Shown here: positions 35,220-48,945 of the stretch, one piece after another | Numbering within the stretch: position 1 is the stretch's first letter | Layout: each line of letters begins with the position of its first letter | Assembly: GCA_036785375.1 (NCBI GenBank) | Contig: JAWMAR010000635.1 | Span: 558,001 to 622,000 of the forward strand | From: Leucoraja ocellata | Lineage: Eukaryota | DNA: 64,000 bases | Direction of reading: 5' to 3' | Position numbers and translations under genes: made by a program | Notes under the pieces: model-generated | Told to the model about the DNA's origin: nothing | What the model saw: the letters and a program-made list of their open reading frames with translations, nothing else | Database searches by the model: none

Positions 35220-35517
35220 TGTTTAGTTTAGGGATATAGCATGGAAGCAAACCTACGAGCCCAACGAGTCCAAGGCAACACGTGCTTACATTATCCTTAC
35301 ACTAGTTCTATCCTACACACCACGGTCAACTTACAGTAACTAATTAACCTACAAATCTGCATGTCTTTCAAATGTGGGAGGAAGCCGGAACACCTGGAGA
35401 AAACCCATGTGGTCACAGGGAGAACATCCAAACTCCGTACAGATAGCACCCGTAGTCAGGATCAAACCCGTATTTCTGGAGTTGTAAGGCAGCAACTCTA
35501 CGACAGCGACACTGTGC
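35220..35517 (-). mobile_element. HE1-like SINE
   Basis: Reverse complement of the SINE at 1081-1400. Confidence 0.8.
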
Positions 35518-36896
35518 TGAGGTGGGGGTTAGGATAGTTTCTGCAGATTAGAAGTTAACAAATGCACCCCTACTGTTCTAGAGAGAAAAAAACAGGATAA
35601 TAATCCACCTGGGCTGGTTATTAGCTGCAAGAAAAATGCTGTAATCTATAAGTAGGGACATGGTAACTGGGCACTTAGTAAATCATAGTCTGATTAGACA
35701 GAATCGATGCCAGTTCATGAAAGGGAAATCATATTTCACAAGGGGTTGCAAATATTTGGAATTCTGTATCCCTGAGGATTCATCTGAGAAATATATAGTG
35801 TACAGGATGTGAATATGAATAGACTGGAAGGTAGCTAATGTTGTGTCCTTATTTAAGAAGAGCTTTAAAAAAACAAACTGGGAACTCCAGATCAGTAAGC
35901 CTCTCATCTGTGGTAAGAAACACAAGAAATTGCGCATTATGAAATCTTGAGGAAAAAATAAAGTGATGGGGGCACTCAGAAGGTCAGTTCGCATTTGTAG
36001 ATGGAATGGACAGACAACATTTTGGGTAGAGACCTTTTGACTAATGGAGTAGGGGGGAGAAAACTGGAAAACAGAGGTGTCACCTATACTTTCGCAAAGC
36101 CTGGCAAATGAGAGGTGGATACATGAGGGGTGGTGATTAATAGATGGGTTGAATAAATAACAAGGGCTAGAGGCGAAAAGTGACAAAAGGATGTCAGATC
36201 AGGAAAGATGTGGAGGAGTGAATTAAGTTTAGAAATTAGGATGTTATGTTGCAGCTGTCTAGGATGCTGGTGAGGCTGCATGTGGAGTATTGTGTTCAGT
36301 TTTGATCAACCTGCTATAGGGAAAATAGCATCAACCTGGAAAGAGTGCCAAAAGACTTTGAGTGCCAATTATGTTGCCAGGACTTGAGGGACTGAGTTAC
36401 AGGAATTGTGCGGGAAGGAACTGCCGATTCGGGTTTAAACCAAAGATAGACACTAAGTGCTGGAGTAACTCAGTTGGACAGGCAGCATCTTTGGCGAGAA
36501 GGAATGGGTGGCGTTTCAGGCCGAGATCCTTTTTCAGTCTCATTCCAAAACCTCACCCATTCCTTCTCTCCAGAGATGCTGCCTGTGCCGCTATGACTCC
36601 AGCAGTTTGTGGCTGTCTTCGAGTTATAGGAAGTGGTTGGACAGGCTAGGTCTTGAGGGGAGACTGAGGGGTAATCTTACATACTTCAGTAAATTTGATG
36701 CATTATAAGGCTCGATGTGAGCACATCTATTTTCAATTCATTCAATTGGCTGTGATCATTGAAGATATTTTGGAGGAACTTGATGCAAAACTATCAGATG
36801 GCTCTGATAGATCAGCAGTTACCACCACAAATGTCTCAACATCACAATTTCACTTATTTCAAGAGTTAATGTTCAAGATGTTATATAAAAAGCAGT

Positions 36897-37115
36897 AGGT
36901 AGTCAAAAAAGCTGGAGAAACTCAGCGGGTGAGGCAGCATCTATGGAGCGAAGGAATAGGCAACATTTCGGGTCGAGACCCTTCTTCAGACTGAGTGGTC
37001 GCGACCCGAAACGTCACCTATACCTTCGCTCCATAGATGCTGCCTCACCCGCTGAGTTACTCCAGCTTTTTTGCCTACCTTCGATTTTTCCAGCATCTGC
37101 AGTTCCTTCTTAAAC
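36897..37115. mobile_element. Palindromic PLE pseudo-LTR mini-element (219 bp)
   Basis: Head-to-head inverted arms; 14-bp TSD ATATAAAAAGCAGT at 36883-36896 and 37116-37129. Confidence 0.88.
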
Positions 37116-39559
37116 ATATAAAAAGCAGTTGTTGCTGCTCCATCTCAGAAATGATTGCCAGAATGGTGGTTTCTCCATCCAGTCTAGACCATATCCTGAG
37201 ATTGGTTGCATTTTCCTTCTATCAGAGGTCGCACCCTGCCCTAGACAGGAGCTTGAACATGCCTGGGGTATCTGCATGTACTCAGCTTGTGTGCTAAAAT
37301 AGACTGGACTCAAGCAGAATGGGAAGGAAAGTGTTCCATGGAAAACAAGTGAGTGAATTATGGAACGAGGAAGTAATTGTGGGAGAAACTAATGTTTCTC
37401 AAGAGGCTACCGAAGAAAATGGAAAATACGTTTGATTGCTAATGAGAAAAAAGCATTGTAAAGGAAACTATGGTGATGACAATGATTGACAGGTGGTGTA
37501 GCATGCCTGGGAGATGGGCTTTGAAGGTGGGAAAAGAGGGGAGGGATGTTCTTGAGGGAACTGTATGCGAGCAAGGAATTGGCTAGTGGTGGGCCCAGGA
37601 CAAATGTTATACCAACACAATTTGAAAGTACCATTAAATTCTCAATGCCCAAAACGTTAATTAATTTTTGTTGAAAATAACACAAATTCCCAAACTGCAG
37701 GAGAGGTAATGAGGTAAATAGGTTATCGGCAAAGCAATCTGCTAAACTCCATCAGTATCCCATAGTTGGCTAGCTGTACAACACACTTAAACAAGAGCGT
37801 CTCAATGACTCTGAAATTGCAGCCTGCTGCAAATATGCATAAGTTCATCTGATGGAATTATCTATCCTGAATGGCTCCAGCATCATTAACCACTCTAATA
37901 TGATTCCAAGGAAAACGTTTGCTCAAATCCTGACCTAGTTTGGGGGCCCGATGTATTCATCTCATTTCTGCTTGGAAGAGATATTGACGGCCTCCAGTCT
38001 ATGCAGGTTGGTACACAATTCTGACCGACTCGTCCTTTTAAAGATGAAGATTGAAAAATCATGAAAGCACCAGAATTAGAGCTGAGACAATAAAGGCACG
38101 GGAGGCTTAATACAAATAAACGATGCTACAAGATGCGATCCAATCCTTTGGCTGCAATGAAACATAAATAATGGGAATGACACATCATTCATTCAAAGTA
38201 ATGAGTTGATCAAAAGAAATATCTGTGGCAAAAGATTAAAGATTAAATATCCATCTCCTGATGAATATCAATAGTAAACTGTAACCTTTATTTTCCTTCT
38301 CAAAGGCTTACTTCTTAGAATAATTGTTTCAGCAAATAAACATTAGGCAAATGAGTGAAATGGAATGTCTTCCAATTATTCTTGAGAAATCATGCTGAAT
38401 AAAAAAGGGGATGGACTGGGAGACTATTGATTTATACAGTGGACAAAGGATCCCTTAAGTTTTACAACATTAATAAATCAATGTTAGCATTTCATTATTC
38501 ATTTATCAACAACATTCAGCACAACATTTCCATTAAACTTGATGGAAAAAGTCGCAAAATCTGTCATTTGAGGACAAAGCATTAGCCTTTTAATCTTTAG
38601 ACTCTTAAAATAATGGAATTACTTGAACAAATTTTAGTTTGCATAAAGGAAATTGTAATGTCCCTACATTTAATCAATTTGCAGTAGGATTTTCTGAACA
38701 TTGCTAAAATGTTACTTCCCTTCTTAATATATTGTATTTCTAGGTTATTTTAAAGTAGCAATACATTGTTGACGGTGTTTGTGAAATTATTGGGAATTTT
38801 CAACATTTTTTAAATATTCTAATCATGTTAAAGATTGGATATCATTATTGTTAGCTTCCAATTAAAGCAATGTTTTTACCAGAAACTAGAAGAAAGATCA
38901 TTATTCGGATTAATTTATATCTTAAGTTTTATTATAGGCAGAAAATTGTGGTGGTTTATAATGGTAATAAACATTTTGTAAAGTTAGGCAACAAGGAAGC
39001 CATTAGTCTAACAAGCCCCACGGCAGAATCACTAACAACATAAAGACTTGCCATAATAGATCTCTCTGTCATTTTCCTCTGCTTTGTGCCAGGAATAGGC
39101 ATTCACCATCAGAGGTAGTTTCCATTTGTTAACGATGTTTTGACATTGTACGTCAAGTAATCTGTCCTGGAACTTGTTTAACCCTTTTCACCTTGTGATA
39201 TCAGAAATTATTTAGAAAACCTAGCTTTAAAATAGTCATTTAGCTTTCAGTGACAGGATAAGCAATACATTTTAAGAGAGGCACAGGACTCCTAGCAGAA
39301 AATCTTACGCATGGGAGCTTGTATGTTCAACCAGAATATCATTCTGGTGATGAGTTAAGAACAATCTCTAGAGCGATCAAGACTCTAAAGACATATTAAA
39401 TGGTGCATTTTTGATCACACAGCTGTATTATCTGCATTAAAACCCACTGTTTTACTAGAAAGTAACTAAACAAACATATTAAGTCAAAGATTGCAGATCT
39501 GCTACATCTAATTGTGAATGTTGGGGCCAGATGAAATACACAAAGGCAAAGAGCAAAAC

Positions 39560-41603
39560 ATCCAGATGAGGAAAACAAGAGGAAGGGATTACTGGAGAGA
39601 ATTCTGCAGGGACAATGGACGTGCATTTGGAACTACAGGGGTTGATTAGAGATAGTTAGAAAGGGTTTTTGAATGGGAAATCATGTCATGAATTTGATTG
39701 AGTTTATTGAAGGATTAACCAAGAAGGTTGATGGGGGCAGGTTTGGAGCCGTAGTCTATGTGAACTTCAGCAAACCCTTTGGTAGGCTGCTCTGGATGGT
39801 TAAATTGCATGGGTCCCAAGGAGAATTAGCTACCAGGGTAAATAATTGGCTTCATGGTAGGAAATAAAATGTAGTGGTGGAAGGCCCGGAGACCATTCAC
39901 TAATGGTGTGCCACAGGGATCAGTGCTGTGCCCATTGCTGTTTGTCGCCCATATCAATGATTAGATGACACTGTACATGGCATGATAACTAACTTTGCCG
40001 ATAATGTTAAAATAGGTGCTACCATAGACAGTGAAGATGGTCATCCAAGATTACAGCAGGACCTTGATCAACTGGGCAAGTAGGCAGAGGAATGACAAAT
40101 GGAGTTAATTTAGATAACTGTGAGGTGTCATATTTTGGGGAATTAAAGTAGGGTAGGGCCCCGGTGGAGTGTCGTAGAATGGACGGGCTAAGGAGTGCAA
40201 GTACCAAGTACACTGAAAGTAATGTCGCAGGTAGATAGGGTGGTGAAGAAGACTGTTGGCACGCTGTACTTCATCTATCAGGGAATTGAATATGGACGTT
40301 GGGACATTATGTTACAGTTGCATATGACATTGGTAAAGCTACACTGGATTATTGTCTTCAGCTTTGGGCAGCCTGCTATTGCAAAAATGCCACCAAGCTG
40401 GAAAGAGTGCAAAGATTTACAAGGATGTTGCCAGGACATGAGGGTCTGAGCTATAGGGGGTGATTGGGCAGGCTAGGATTTATTCCTTGGAGCACAGGAG
40501 TCTGATGAGTTGTATACTATCATGAGGGGAATAAATGAACACAAAGATTCTTTTCCAGGGTAGGTGAATCAAGAACAAGAGAGAATAGGTTTAAAGTTAG
40601 AGGGGAAACATTTAGGAACTGGAGGGGCAACTTTTTCACATGGAGAGTGGTGGGTATTGGATTGGATTGGATTGGATTCAATTTATTGTCATTGCACTTT
40701 TCAGTGCAACAAAATGGTTTAGCCTGCAGTCATAACATAGAATAAATAACAAACACTCAACACAGTTTAAAGTCCCAAAGTCATTGTCTCTTCCCTCCTT
40801 GCTCTCCCTCTGCGCTGAGGCAATCCAAGCCTCCGATGTTGTGACCCCGCCGGGTGATGGTGTGCAAGTCCCACGGCTGAATCCGTGCTCCGCAAACGGG
40901 CCGGTTCAAACTCCGCGGCCCGGGGCGGTCGAAGCTGCCGAAGCTGCCGCCCTCCAGTCCAGCGGACACAGCTGTAGTTGCGGGAGCTCCGGAAAAACAG
41001 GTCACCACCTGTGACCTGCGAGCTCCCGATGATGTCATCCACTGGCCCGCGGCCGAGCCTCCGAGGCTCCAAAGTCGGGTCTGAAGTTGGGTCGCCCTGC
41101 GACCACAGCCCCGAAGTCGGCCAGCCTTGCGTTGGTAAGTCCTGGCTCTGCCTCCGCAGCCTCGAGGTCGGTCGCAGTTGGAGGCCGCCAGCTCCGCGAT
41201 AGGCCTCAGCGCAGACGGACACGGAGACGGGGGATACGGCAGGAAAGGTTGCATCCCCCCCGAAGGAAGAGTCAAAAAACATGTTACACCCACCCCCCCA
41301 CACATACACAACTAAATAAACCAAAATAAACTGCAACAACGGGACAAGAGAAAACAAAAAACAGAAAAGACAAACAGACTGCAGGCGAGCCGCAGCTGCA
41401 AGGCAGCACCGCCACTTCCGTATATGGAACAAGCTGCCATTACTACCACTATTTTAAATAGTTGAAGCAGGTACAATAACTACATTTAAGACATTTGGAC
41501 AGGTACAAGGATAGAAAAGATTTAGCCATTGGGTGAGGCAACCTGTCGGCAGAGATGAGTTGGGCCAGTGGGTTTGTTTCCATGGTGTATTACTGTAACT
41601 CTG
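39560..41603 (+). mobile_element. Old HER1/CR1 LINE (degenerate RT), interrupted at 40656-41420
   Basis: NLIEFIEGLTKKVDGG..VVYVNFSK; GVPQGSVL; 3' tail resumes at 41421. Confidence 0.8.
40656..41420 (-). mobile_element. CpG-rich non-coding retroelement with Rex1-like 3' end and (CCAAT)n tail
   Basis: 5' CGGAAGTGGCGG; 3' GTGCAATGACAATAAATTGAATCCAATCCAAT; cleanly interrupts the CR1 at GGGTAT|ATGGAAC. Confidence 0.75.
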
Positions 41604-41697
41604 ACAAGGCTGAATTGTTGGCAATATCATGTCATTGGAACATCGGAACAGAATAGGCTGCTCAGATATTTGAGCCTCTTCCACTGTTCAATTAGAT

Positions 41698-42049
41698 CAG
41701 GGGTGGGGAATATGCGTCCTTCTAGGCCATTAACTGCTGCCTTTTAAATGAAGCCATATTTTGTAGAACAAATCCTTTTTTTTTTATTAATATGTTTTTG
41801 TTTGTCTTTTATTATTTTTATTTTAATCTTAAGATGAATGTATTTAAAATACCAAAGAGTAAAAGAAGATTCAACTAAATAATTCTCCCCAGCTGACGGC
41901 CACAATTAAAATATTAGTAAGTCATGAGGGCTATTTTAACAAAATAATGTACATTTTGAAGTATATCTAATTGAAGTTTCTTGGATGCGGCCTTATTAGA
42001 TTACAGCTAACAATGCGGCATTCCAACATGAAAAGTTTCCCCACCCCTG
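41698..42049. mobile_element. hAT (Charlie/Buster-type) MITE, 352 bp
   Basis: 13-bp TIR CAGGGGTGGGGAA; 8-bp TSD AATTAGAT at 41690-41697 and 42050-42057. Confidence 0.92.
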
Positions 42050-42181
42050 AATTAGATCATTACAGTCTCTGCACTAAACCTATGTATGTGCTTTCCCTTC
42101 AATCCCTAAAAACATTTAGTCATAAAAAAGCTTCCTTAGAATTAAAATGATCAAGTCATCTGGCAAAAATGGCCATTTGTA

Positions 42182-42700
42182 CACGACACAAGTGCTGACC
42201 CGTTGGGTCTGTTCCCCCAACGTGCGGTTGTGGGGGGGGGAGGCGGCATGCAGCGTCACACACACACTATCTCCCCCCCCCCCCCCCCCCCACCGCTCTC
42301 ACACTAATTACCCCCCTTGATATTATATTAATATTATTAATTTGCTCCTTTTACCCCATAACGACCCTACCTGACGCATAGCCCCCAACTTGCAGTCACA
42401 TCTAGAGAGAGGGGGGGAGGGGGCGGGGTTAGAGAGTGAGGGCAGAGAGAGAAGGGGCAGAGACAGAGAGAGAGACAAAGACACAGAGAGAGGGGCAAGA
42501 GGGATAAGGGGGCGGAGAGGAGGAGAAGAGGGAGGGTGGGTGAGGGGGGAAAGGTGGGGGAGGAGGGGAGGAGAGAGAGAGGGTGAGAGTGAGGGGCAGA
42601 GAGAGGGGGTGCTGAGAGGGGGGGTGAGGGGGAGAGGTGGCCAAATGGTTGCAGCACAGATGGCCAAAGCCAGTCAAGAACAGACTTTTAGTAATATAGA
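42182..42700 (-). mobile_element. Non-autonomous Helitron
   Basis: 5' A|TCTATATTACTAAAA; 3' hairpin GACCCAACGGGTC; terminal CTAG degenerate; homologous to the copy at 48946. Confidence 0.75.
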
Positions 42701-42872
42701 TATGTTTTGCACCTTCTCTATGCAGATGTCATTATTATAGATTGTGAATGGTTATGACAACAGCAGTTTTCCTTGTAACTTACTGTCAGCCATCCTTCTA
42801 TATCAATTACATACCCATTATCTTATATGGATATTTTCTTTCAATTGCATGAGCATGAACTTAAACTATCAT

Positions 42873-43200
42873 GTGACACAGTGGCACAGCTGGTATAGGT
42901 GCTGCCTCAGCGCCAGAGACCCGGCTTTGACCCTGCCTGACCTTGGGTACAGTCTGCGTGGGTTTTAGACGTACTCCCCGTGACCATGGGGATTTTCTCC
43001 GGGTGCTCCAGCTTCCTTTCACATCCCAAAGACGTGTGGGTTTGTAGGTTAATTAGCCAGTGTAAATTGCCCTGAATGTGCGAGGACTGCTTGCGGAAGT
43101 GAGATAGCATAAAACTTGTGTGTATGGTTGATCGATGGTTGGCATGGACTTGATGGGCCGAAGTGCCCCATTTCATGCTGTATCTTTCAATTCAATTCAA
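42873..43200 (+). mobile_element. HE1-like SINE (older)
   Basis: SINE head, body and (TTCAA)n tail. Confidence 0.75.
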
Positions 43201-43399
43201 TCTCTTGTGTGGAACTTTATCAAATGAAGTTCATTTAAGCTACATCCACAGATATTCTTCCCAATTAATTCAGTTATATCCCCCCACCAAAGATCCATTA
43301 GGCTGGACTGTAAATCAATTAGGCTATAATGTTCCCTTAACAAATCTATGTTAACTTTCCCTTCTCAGCTCAATTTCATCACCACATTTTGATAATTCT

Positions 43400-43697
43400 T
43401 AGTTTAGTTTTAGTTTAGAGATACAAAGCGTAAACAGGCCCTTCAGTCCACAGAGTCCACACTGACCAGAGATCCCCGCTCATTAACACTACCCTACACA
43501 CATTAGGGACAATTTGTACATTTACACCAAGCCAATTAATCTGCAAACCTGTACGTCTTTGGAATGTGGGACGAAACCAAAGATCTCGGAGAAAACCAAT
43601 GCAGGTCCAGGGGGAGAACTCCGCACAGACAGCACCCATAGTCAAACCCGGGCCTGTGGTGCTGTAAGGCAGCAGCTCCACCGCTGCACTACCATGT
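43400..43697 (-). mobile_element. HE1-like SINE
   Basis: Reverse complement of the SINE consensus seen elsewhere in the window. Confidence 0.8.
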
Positions 43698-43765
43698 CGC
43701 CCTAGTTCATAGTTACATATTCCACTCATGTTACCATAGTAGGTGTAGGATATAATTTCTCCATT

Positions 43766-44083
43766 CAGTCTACCTACATTATTACGGACCTCTTTATAAG
43801 GGATTTTGATTATAGCGAACGCAATCTGTGTATCCGAGGCATCCACATGTATCGGGAACAAAGTAGTGAGTATGTTGTTGCACTGAGTGGTTGGAATGAA
43901 CCTTGTCTCAATCTGTGTTTACTCACTTTTTTATGTTTATTGTTTTTCCATCACTGTACATATTTACAGTGCCTCCCCTTATTCGGTTATAGCGAACAAT
44001 TGGCAAGTACAGATACTATTCCCCACCCCCCCCCCCCCCCCACCCCCCCACCCTCTCATGGTCCATATAACAAAGTTCATATG
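43766..44083. mobile_element. Degenerate pogo/Tigger-like MITE
   Basis: Shares TTA.CGGACCTCT..GGATTTTG and GGTTATAGCG.ACA motifs with 59663-61024. Confidence 0.55.
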
Positions 44084-46721
44084 TAGTCGATGTTAGATAG
44101 CTTTATAATTTAACAGTTTCTTTCTCAAATGCCCTTTTTATCTAATGAAGATCAATTTGCAAGTGTCTAAACTATTAGTACATCAAGGGAATGTTGCATA
44201 CACATGGTTAAAGTGACTGCAATTTCCTCACCTACTTCCTTTAAAACGACGGGTGGAACCCATCAATCCCTGGGGATTTGTCAATCTTCAGTGCCATTAG
44301 TATGGCCAATGTTGATTTCTTGCTTACGTTAACTCGAGTCAGTCTCAGCCCTGGAATTTCAAGCATATTATCCTCTTCCTCTCTTGTGATGACTGACACA
44401 ATGTAATTATTCAACGTCTTCCATTTCCTTATTTTCATTGGCGGCATGATCCACAATATTCCTACATTTAAAGAGCCCTCATTACCCTTAACCAGTTTTT
44501 CACTTCTAAAACAAATATAAAATATTTCATGTTATTTCTGATATCCTTGCAAATTCCCTTTAATTTGTTACTTTTGCAACATTTGGCCGATGTTTGCCTT
44601 TCATTCTTTTTCTGTCCTTGTATCTGTTCCAGATTCTTGGACCTACACAATTCTTTGGACTTTAGATACTCTTGTCTTTGTTTAACTCTCGCAACTTTAT
44701 TGACCATGGCTGTTTAAAGCCACTCTTGCCTCTTTGCCTTTTTTTTGCCTCATGTTATAGTCAGCTAAATTCAGTTTTAAACACCTCTCTCTGATCCCAA
44801 TAATTATTTTGATGAGATTGATGTGAACAGTTTAGCCCCATCTTTTTAATGTTAGCCATAAGAAAATTTAGAATGTTAGTAACTATGTTTAAGATTTTTT
44901 TTTCTTTTCAAGGAATTTTGCCTTTCTGTTAGATTATTAACCAAATCTGCTTCATTACTTATTACTAAATCTGCTATGACCTGGCATGTTAGCATTTCGT
45001 GTTTGCTCCTGACATTTGACTGCAAGGCCATTTTATGCAGATTTGGACTCTGGCTTCTGATCCTGCTTTACATTCCATATAAATTAGCAGACCAGAGATA
45101 CTGCCAGGCACACAAGATAAAATGCTTTATTTTAGCAAGTGATCAGTGTCCGAAGGAATGACTCCTGATCTCACAACCCATGACAGCTAGAGGGGAGAAT
45201 TCTCAGCACGGTCTATATAAAGAATACTTAAGGTTTGGGATCTCTTGCACGCTACACAGCCTCGGTACTGAGATTGTTTTTAACTTTCAATGGGATGAAA
45301 CAGAGCCACATAAGTCAACAGAGAACTAATTCAACCATTTGCCCCAACAGATGATAGGATGCCAGGCACAATCCGATTATTATCCATCAGTTTGAGGGAA
45401 ATCAGTAATAAGGATATTGATATCATAAACTTATCAGACCACATGCAATCTTCCATCCAAGACACAAATGAATACATATGAACAATGAAGCATCTGGTAC
45501 AGCGATGAAGTATTTCTTCCTCGTCATGCTTAAATGCCATTGTTTCTGGACTTGATCCTTTTCGGTGATTCATCAGATGTAATACAATTGCAACAGCAAA
45601 GATGTCAATTTGAATTTGTCAGTTATTGCCCATTTGGAATGACAAAGTTTACTTGAATGTACTACACCTCTAAAATATGGACAGGCACATTGATAAGAAA
45701 GGCTGAGAGGGATATATGCCAAAAATGGGCAAGTGGGACTAGTGTACAGTATACGGAGCATCATGGTCGGCATGGGCATGTTGAGTCAAAGGCCGGTTTA
45801 TGTGCTGTATAACTCTGATCTTATGACTTTGAGTAGTACATTCATCACATAAAAAAACAACCTATTTCTTTGTGTTACCTTCTCCCTCACAACATGAAAC
45901 GTTTCTCTTAAATTTTGCCAAGATCTAGGATTGAATGACTGTAATGGTGATCTGTTTGAAATAGAATTTGCACCAAAATTATTATAAGACTAAAGGATTT
46001 AACCAGGAAATTATAGTTGTTATTCACATACCAATGTTAAGAAAGTCATTGTGGAGGATAATAAAGGATAATTCCACCAAACCTTTTCTTCTTCTAAACC
46101 AGTCCTTCAGAATGATGGATGACTTGCTTTTGCTCCAGTTTTGTGAACACTAGAGAGGTGGCTAATGAGGCCAAATGTGGGATCCTGTGACTCTTCCATA
46201 GATGGGGCAGGAGGTCGCTGACGGGGTGGGCGTGTGGGTGGTTTGGGAGATACAGAGGGTTTTTTTGTCGCTTACTGTATGCTCCTAATACTGCATTTTG
46301 TCCTTACTGCATAGTCTCAAAGTTCTCAATACCATCTCAAACGCTCCTGCTCTTTCAGTGATCACTATCCAGAGATTCCCAGAAAACAGTGAGCATGTTA
46401 TATTTTCCCAAGAAGGCTTTGAGAATGAATTATTTCCTTTGTCTATCTGGTCATCATTCCCTGTGACAGGGCTTGGAATATTTAGAAAGGATTATACTAA
46501 TGAGAAAGGAGCAGCATCATTTTGTTAAAGGCACCCCTTACCTAATTAGATTCTGAGTTTTCAAAACATGCTATAGCACCGCTGTCTGAAGAAAGGTCTC
46601 GATCCGAAACATCACTTGTCCATGTTCTTCAGAGTTTCTGCCTGAACTGCTTAGTTACCCCCACACTTTGCCCTTTATGTATTAACCAGCATCTACAGTT
46701 CCCTGTTTCTACAGAGTAACA

Positions 46722-46787
46722 CATAGTTAGAGTACTCCATGACCATAGTTAGAGTACTCCATGACCATAGTTAGAGTACTCCATGTC
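46722..46787. repeat. Tandem repeat, 3 x 22 bp (CATAGTTAGAGTACTCCATGAC)
   Basis: Three contiguous copies with one mismatch. Confidence 0.95.
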
Positions 46788-46959
46788 ATTTCAGACAACC
46801 AAACTTGCTAAGGAAATTAGAGCCTTGGAAAAGTTGCAAAATAATATTAATAGGGCGAAACCCATGTAAGAAAGCATTATTATGATGTTTGAGTTTAAAA
46901 GCTAGGACTGCAATTACTAGAGCAGGAAAGGTTATTGGTATTGCTATTTGTTATAGGTT

Positions 46960-47740
46960 TATTAATGTCACATATAACATTATATAATAACAAATGTTGT
47001 TTACGTGCTTTGCATTTGAATTATGCTATATATGAGTGCAATCAAGTCATTAACCAAGTATAACAGGTAATGCAAAGAGAAAATAGAAGTATGCAGAATA
47101 TAGTGTGAAGGCATTACAGAAAAGATGCAGATAAAGAAAAATGCAATGGCCGCAATGAGTTAGGTTGGAAAATCAGGACCACACGCTTATCTTATGTGAG
47201 AAACGTTCAATAGAATGATAACAGTTGGGAAGAAGCTGTTCCTGAATCTGGTGGTACATGCTTTAACTGTTCTAACTTCTGGATGGAAGAGGGGAGAAAA
47301 ATAATGTAATGGGATATAATTGGTTCTTGGTTATGTTGGCTACTTTCCCAAGGCAGCATGAATTGTAGATGGATTCAATGAGGTAGGAAGGAAACTCATT
47401 TGTGTGGTGGACTGGGATGCGTCCACAACTCTCTGCAATTTCTTGGAGTCTAGAGCAGAGCTGTAGCCAAGCCATGTTCTGATGCATCCCGATAGGTTGT
47501 TGTCTAAGTTGGTAGGTGTCATTGGATGCAAGGCAAACATCTGTAGTTTTCTAAGGATGTCGAGATGTTGGTATGCGTTCCTGGCATTTCTTCAATGTGG
47601 TTGGTCCAGGGCAAATTGATATTTATTCTAGAAATCTGAAGCTCTCGGCCATTTCCACTTCACCACCATTGATGCAGATTGGACCGTGTACACCAACTCA
47701 CTTCTAATGTTAATGTCCAGCTCCATGGTCTTGCTGATAT
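46960..47740 (-). mobile_element. Old Rex1/Babar remnant
   Basis: SGCIRTWLG.SSALDSKKLQRVV..SQ on the minus strand. Confidence 0.7.
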
Positions 47741-48945
47741 ACATTAACGATATACATTATGCATTTATTCCCGAGAAAAACTTAAAATTATGAAATATTT
47801 GAGAGATTGATTTTGCTTACTTTATACTGCATTAATATTCCTACTCAATTCTCTCATAAAGTTCACTATGAAAAGATGGGATACGGCACCACAGGCATTA
47901 AATGTTTGTATCCAAGTGGTTGTTCTTCCTGAGTCAACCCTGATTTTAACTCTGAATCCCTGAATGTCCCAACATGAGCGCTTCCACAATGGCTTGTAGA
48001 TCATCAATGAAAAGGCCTTGCCAATTTTCCCCTTCATAATCCAGGGCATTTATAGCATCCCTGCTGATGCCCAGCTGACATTAACACCGTTACAAACCTG
48101 GGACTTTATTAGCAACCTAGGTGAATGAGGAGAATTAAATAGTTTATTACATTTGTTTCTTTTCTTTCTCCATATAAACTGAAAAGGAAGTACTTAGAAT
48201 AAAATGACTGGTTCTAGTAACACCTTCGTTTATACCTAATTAAATATACCAATTACAGAGCCGAATGTTTGTGAAGCTCGCTTTAAATCGCTTGTATGGT
48301 TCTTAAATGGAGTAATCCAAAACTGAGTATTTTAGCAGTGGGGCTTCATGCTGTGAAGAAAACACGCCTATGCTGACTCCATCAAACAAGATTTAGCACA
48401 TTTACACTAAATTAATTGCTTGTAATTACAAAATTAATTAAAAAGAGAATATTGTCTGTAACTTACACAGCAGGCATTCTGATACTTCACAGATTCTGGT
48501 ATCATCCATTGCACACCACAGATGCCTCCGGGGGCCTGTGATACATCTGAAATTTAGGGCATTTGGGTAGGGATGCAGGTGAGGCAACGTAAAATAAATG
48601 GATAATTTACGATGACTTGTAATTTTATGAGTCATAAAATAGAAACACGGTTGCTTTTGATTTACTAGTGAACGTGCATTTTACGTAGGCTACGAAATGG
48701 GCATCTACATGTGCATTAATGTCCTCCCGTCATGTGGTGACAGATTATTTCTATTGAATCACTCAAGAAGTATAGACCAGTTTTCATTTTAGTCAAGCTT
48801 TTCCTCTATATTTTCCGATGTTTGTAAAGAAACCGAAGCAATAGTGATGGTTCTGATTGGTGATGCTAGTTTCTGGGCGTAAATTCCAGAGGTAATAAAC
48901 TGGAAGTTACAGATGCACTGCTCTAACTTTATTTTTATATATTTA

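Noticed and set aside
37934-38050. Minus-strand exon candidate (GRVGQNCVPTCIDWRPS...)
   Set aside because: Weak donor, unrecognised peptide, no supporting neighbouring exons
40767-41432. 221-aa and 176-aa ORFs (similarly 54967-55591 and 17739-18879)
   Set aside because: Stop-poor because of high GC in non-coding mobile elements; open in several frames with no motifs
46722-46787. CRISPR-like repeat array
   Set aside because: Units are contiguous with no spacers and the context is eukaryotic; simple tandem repeat
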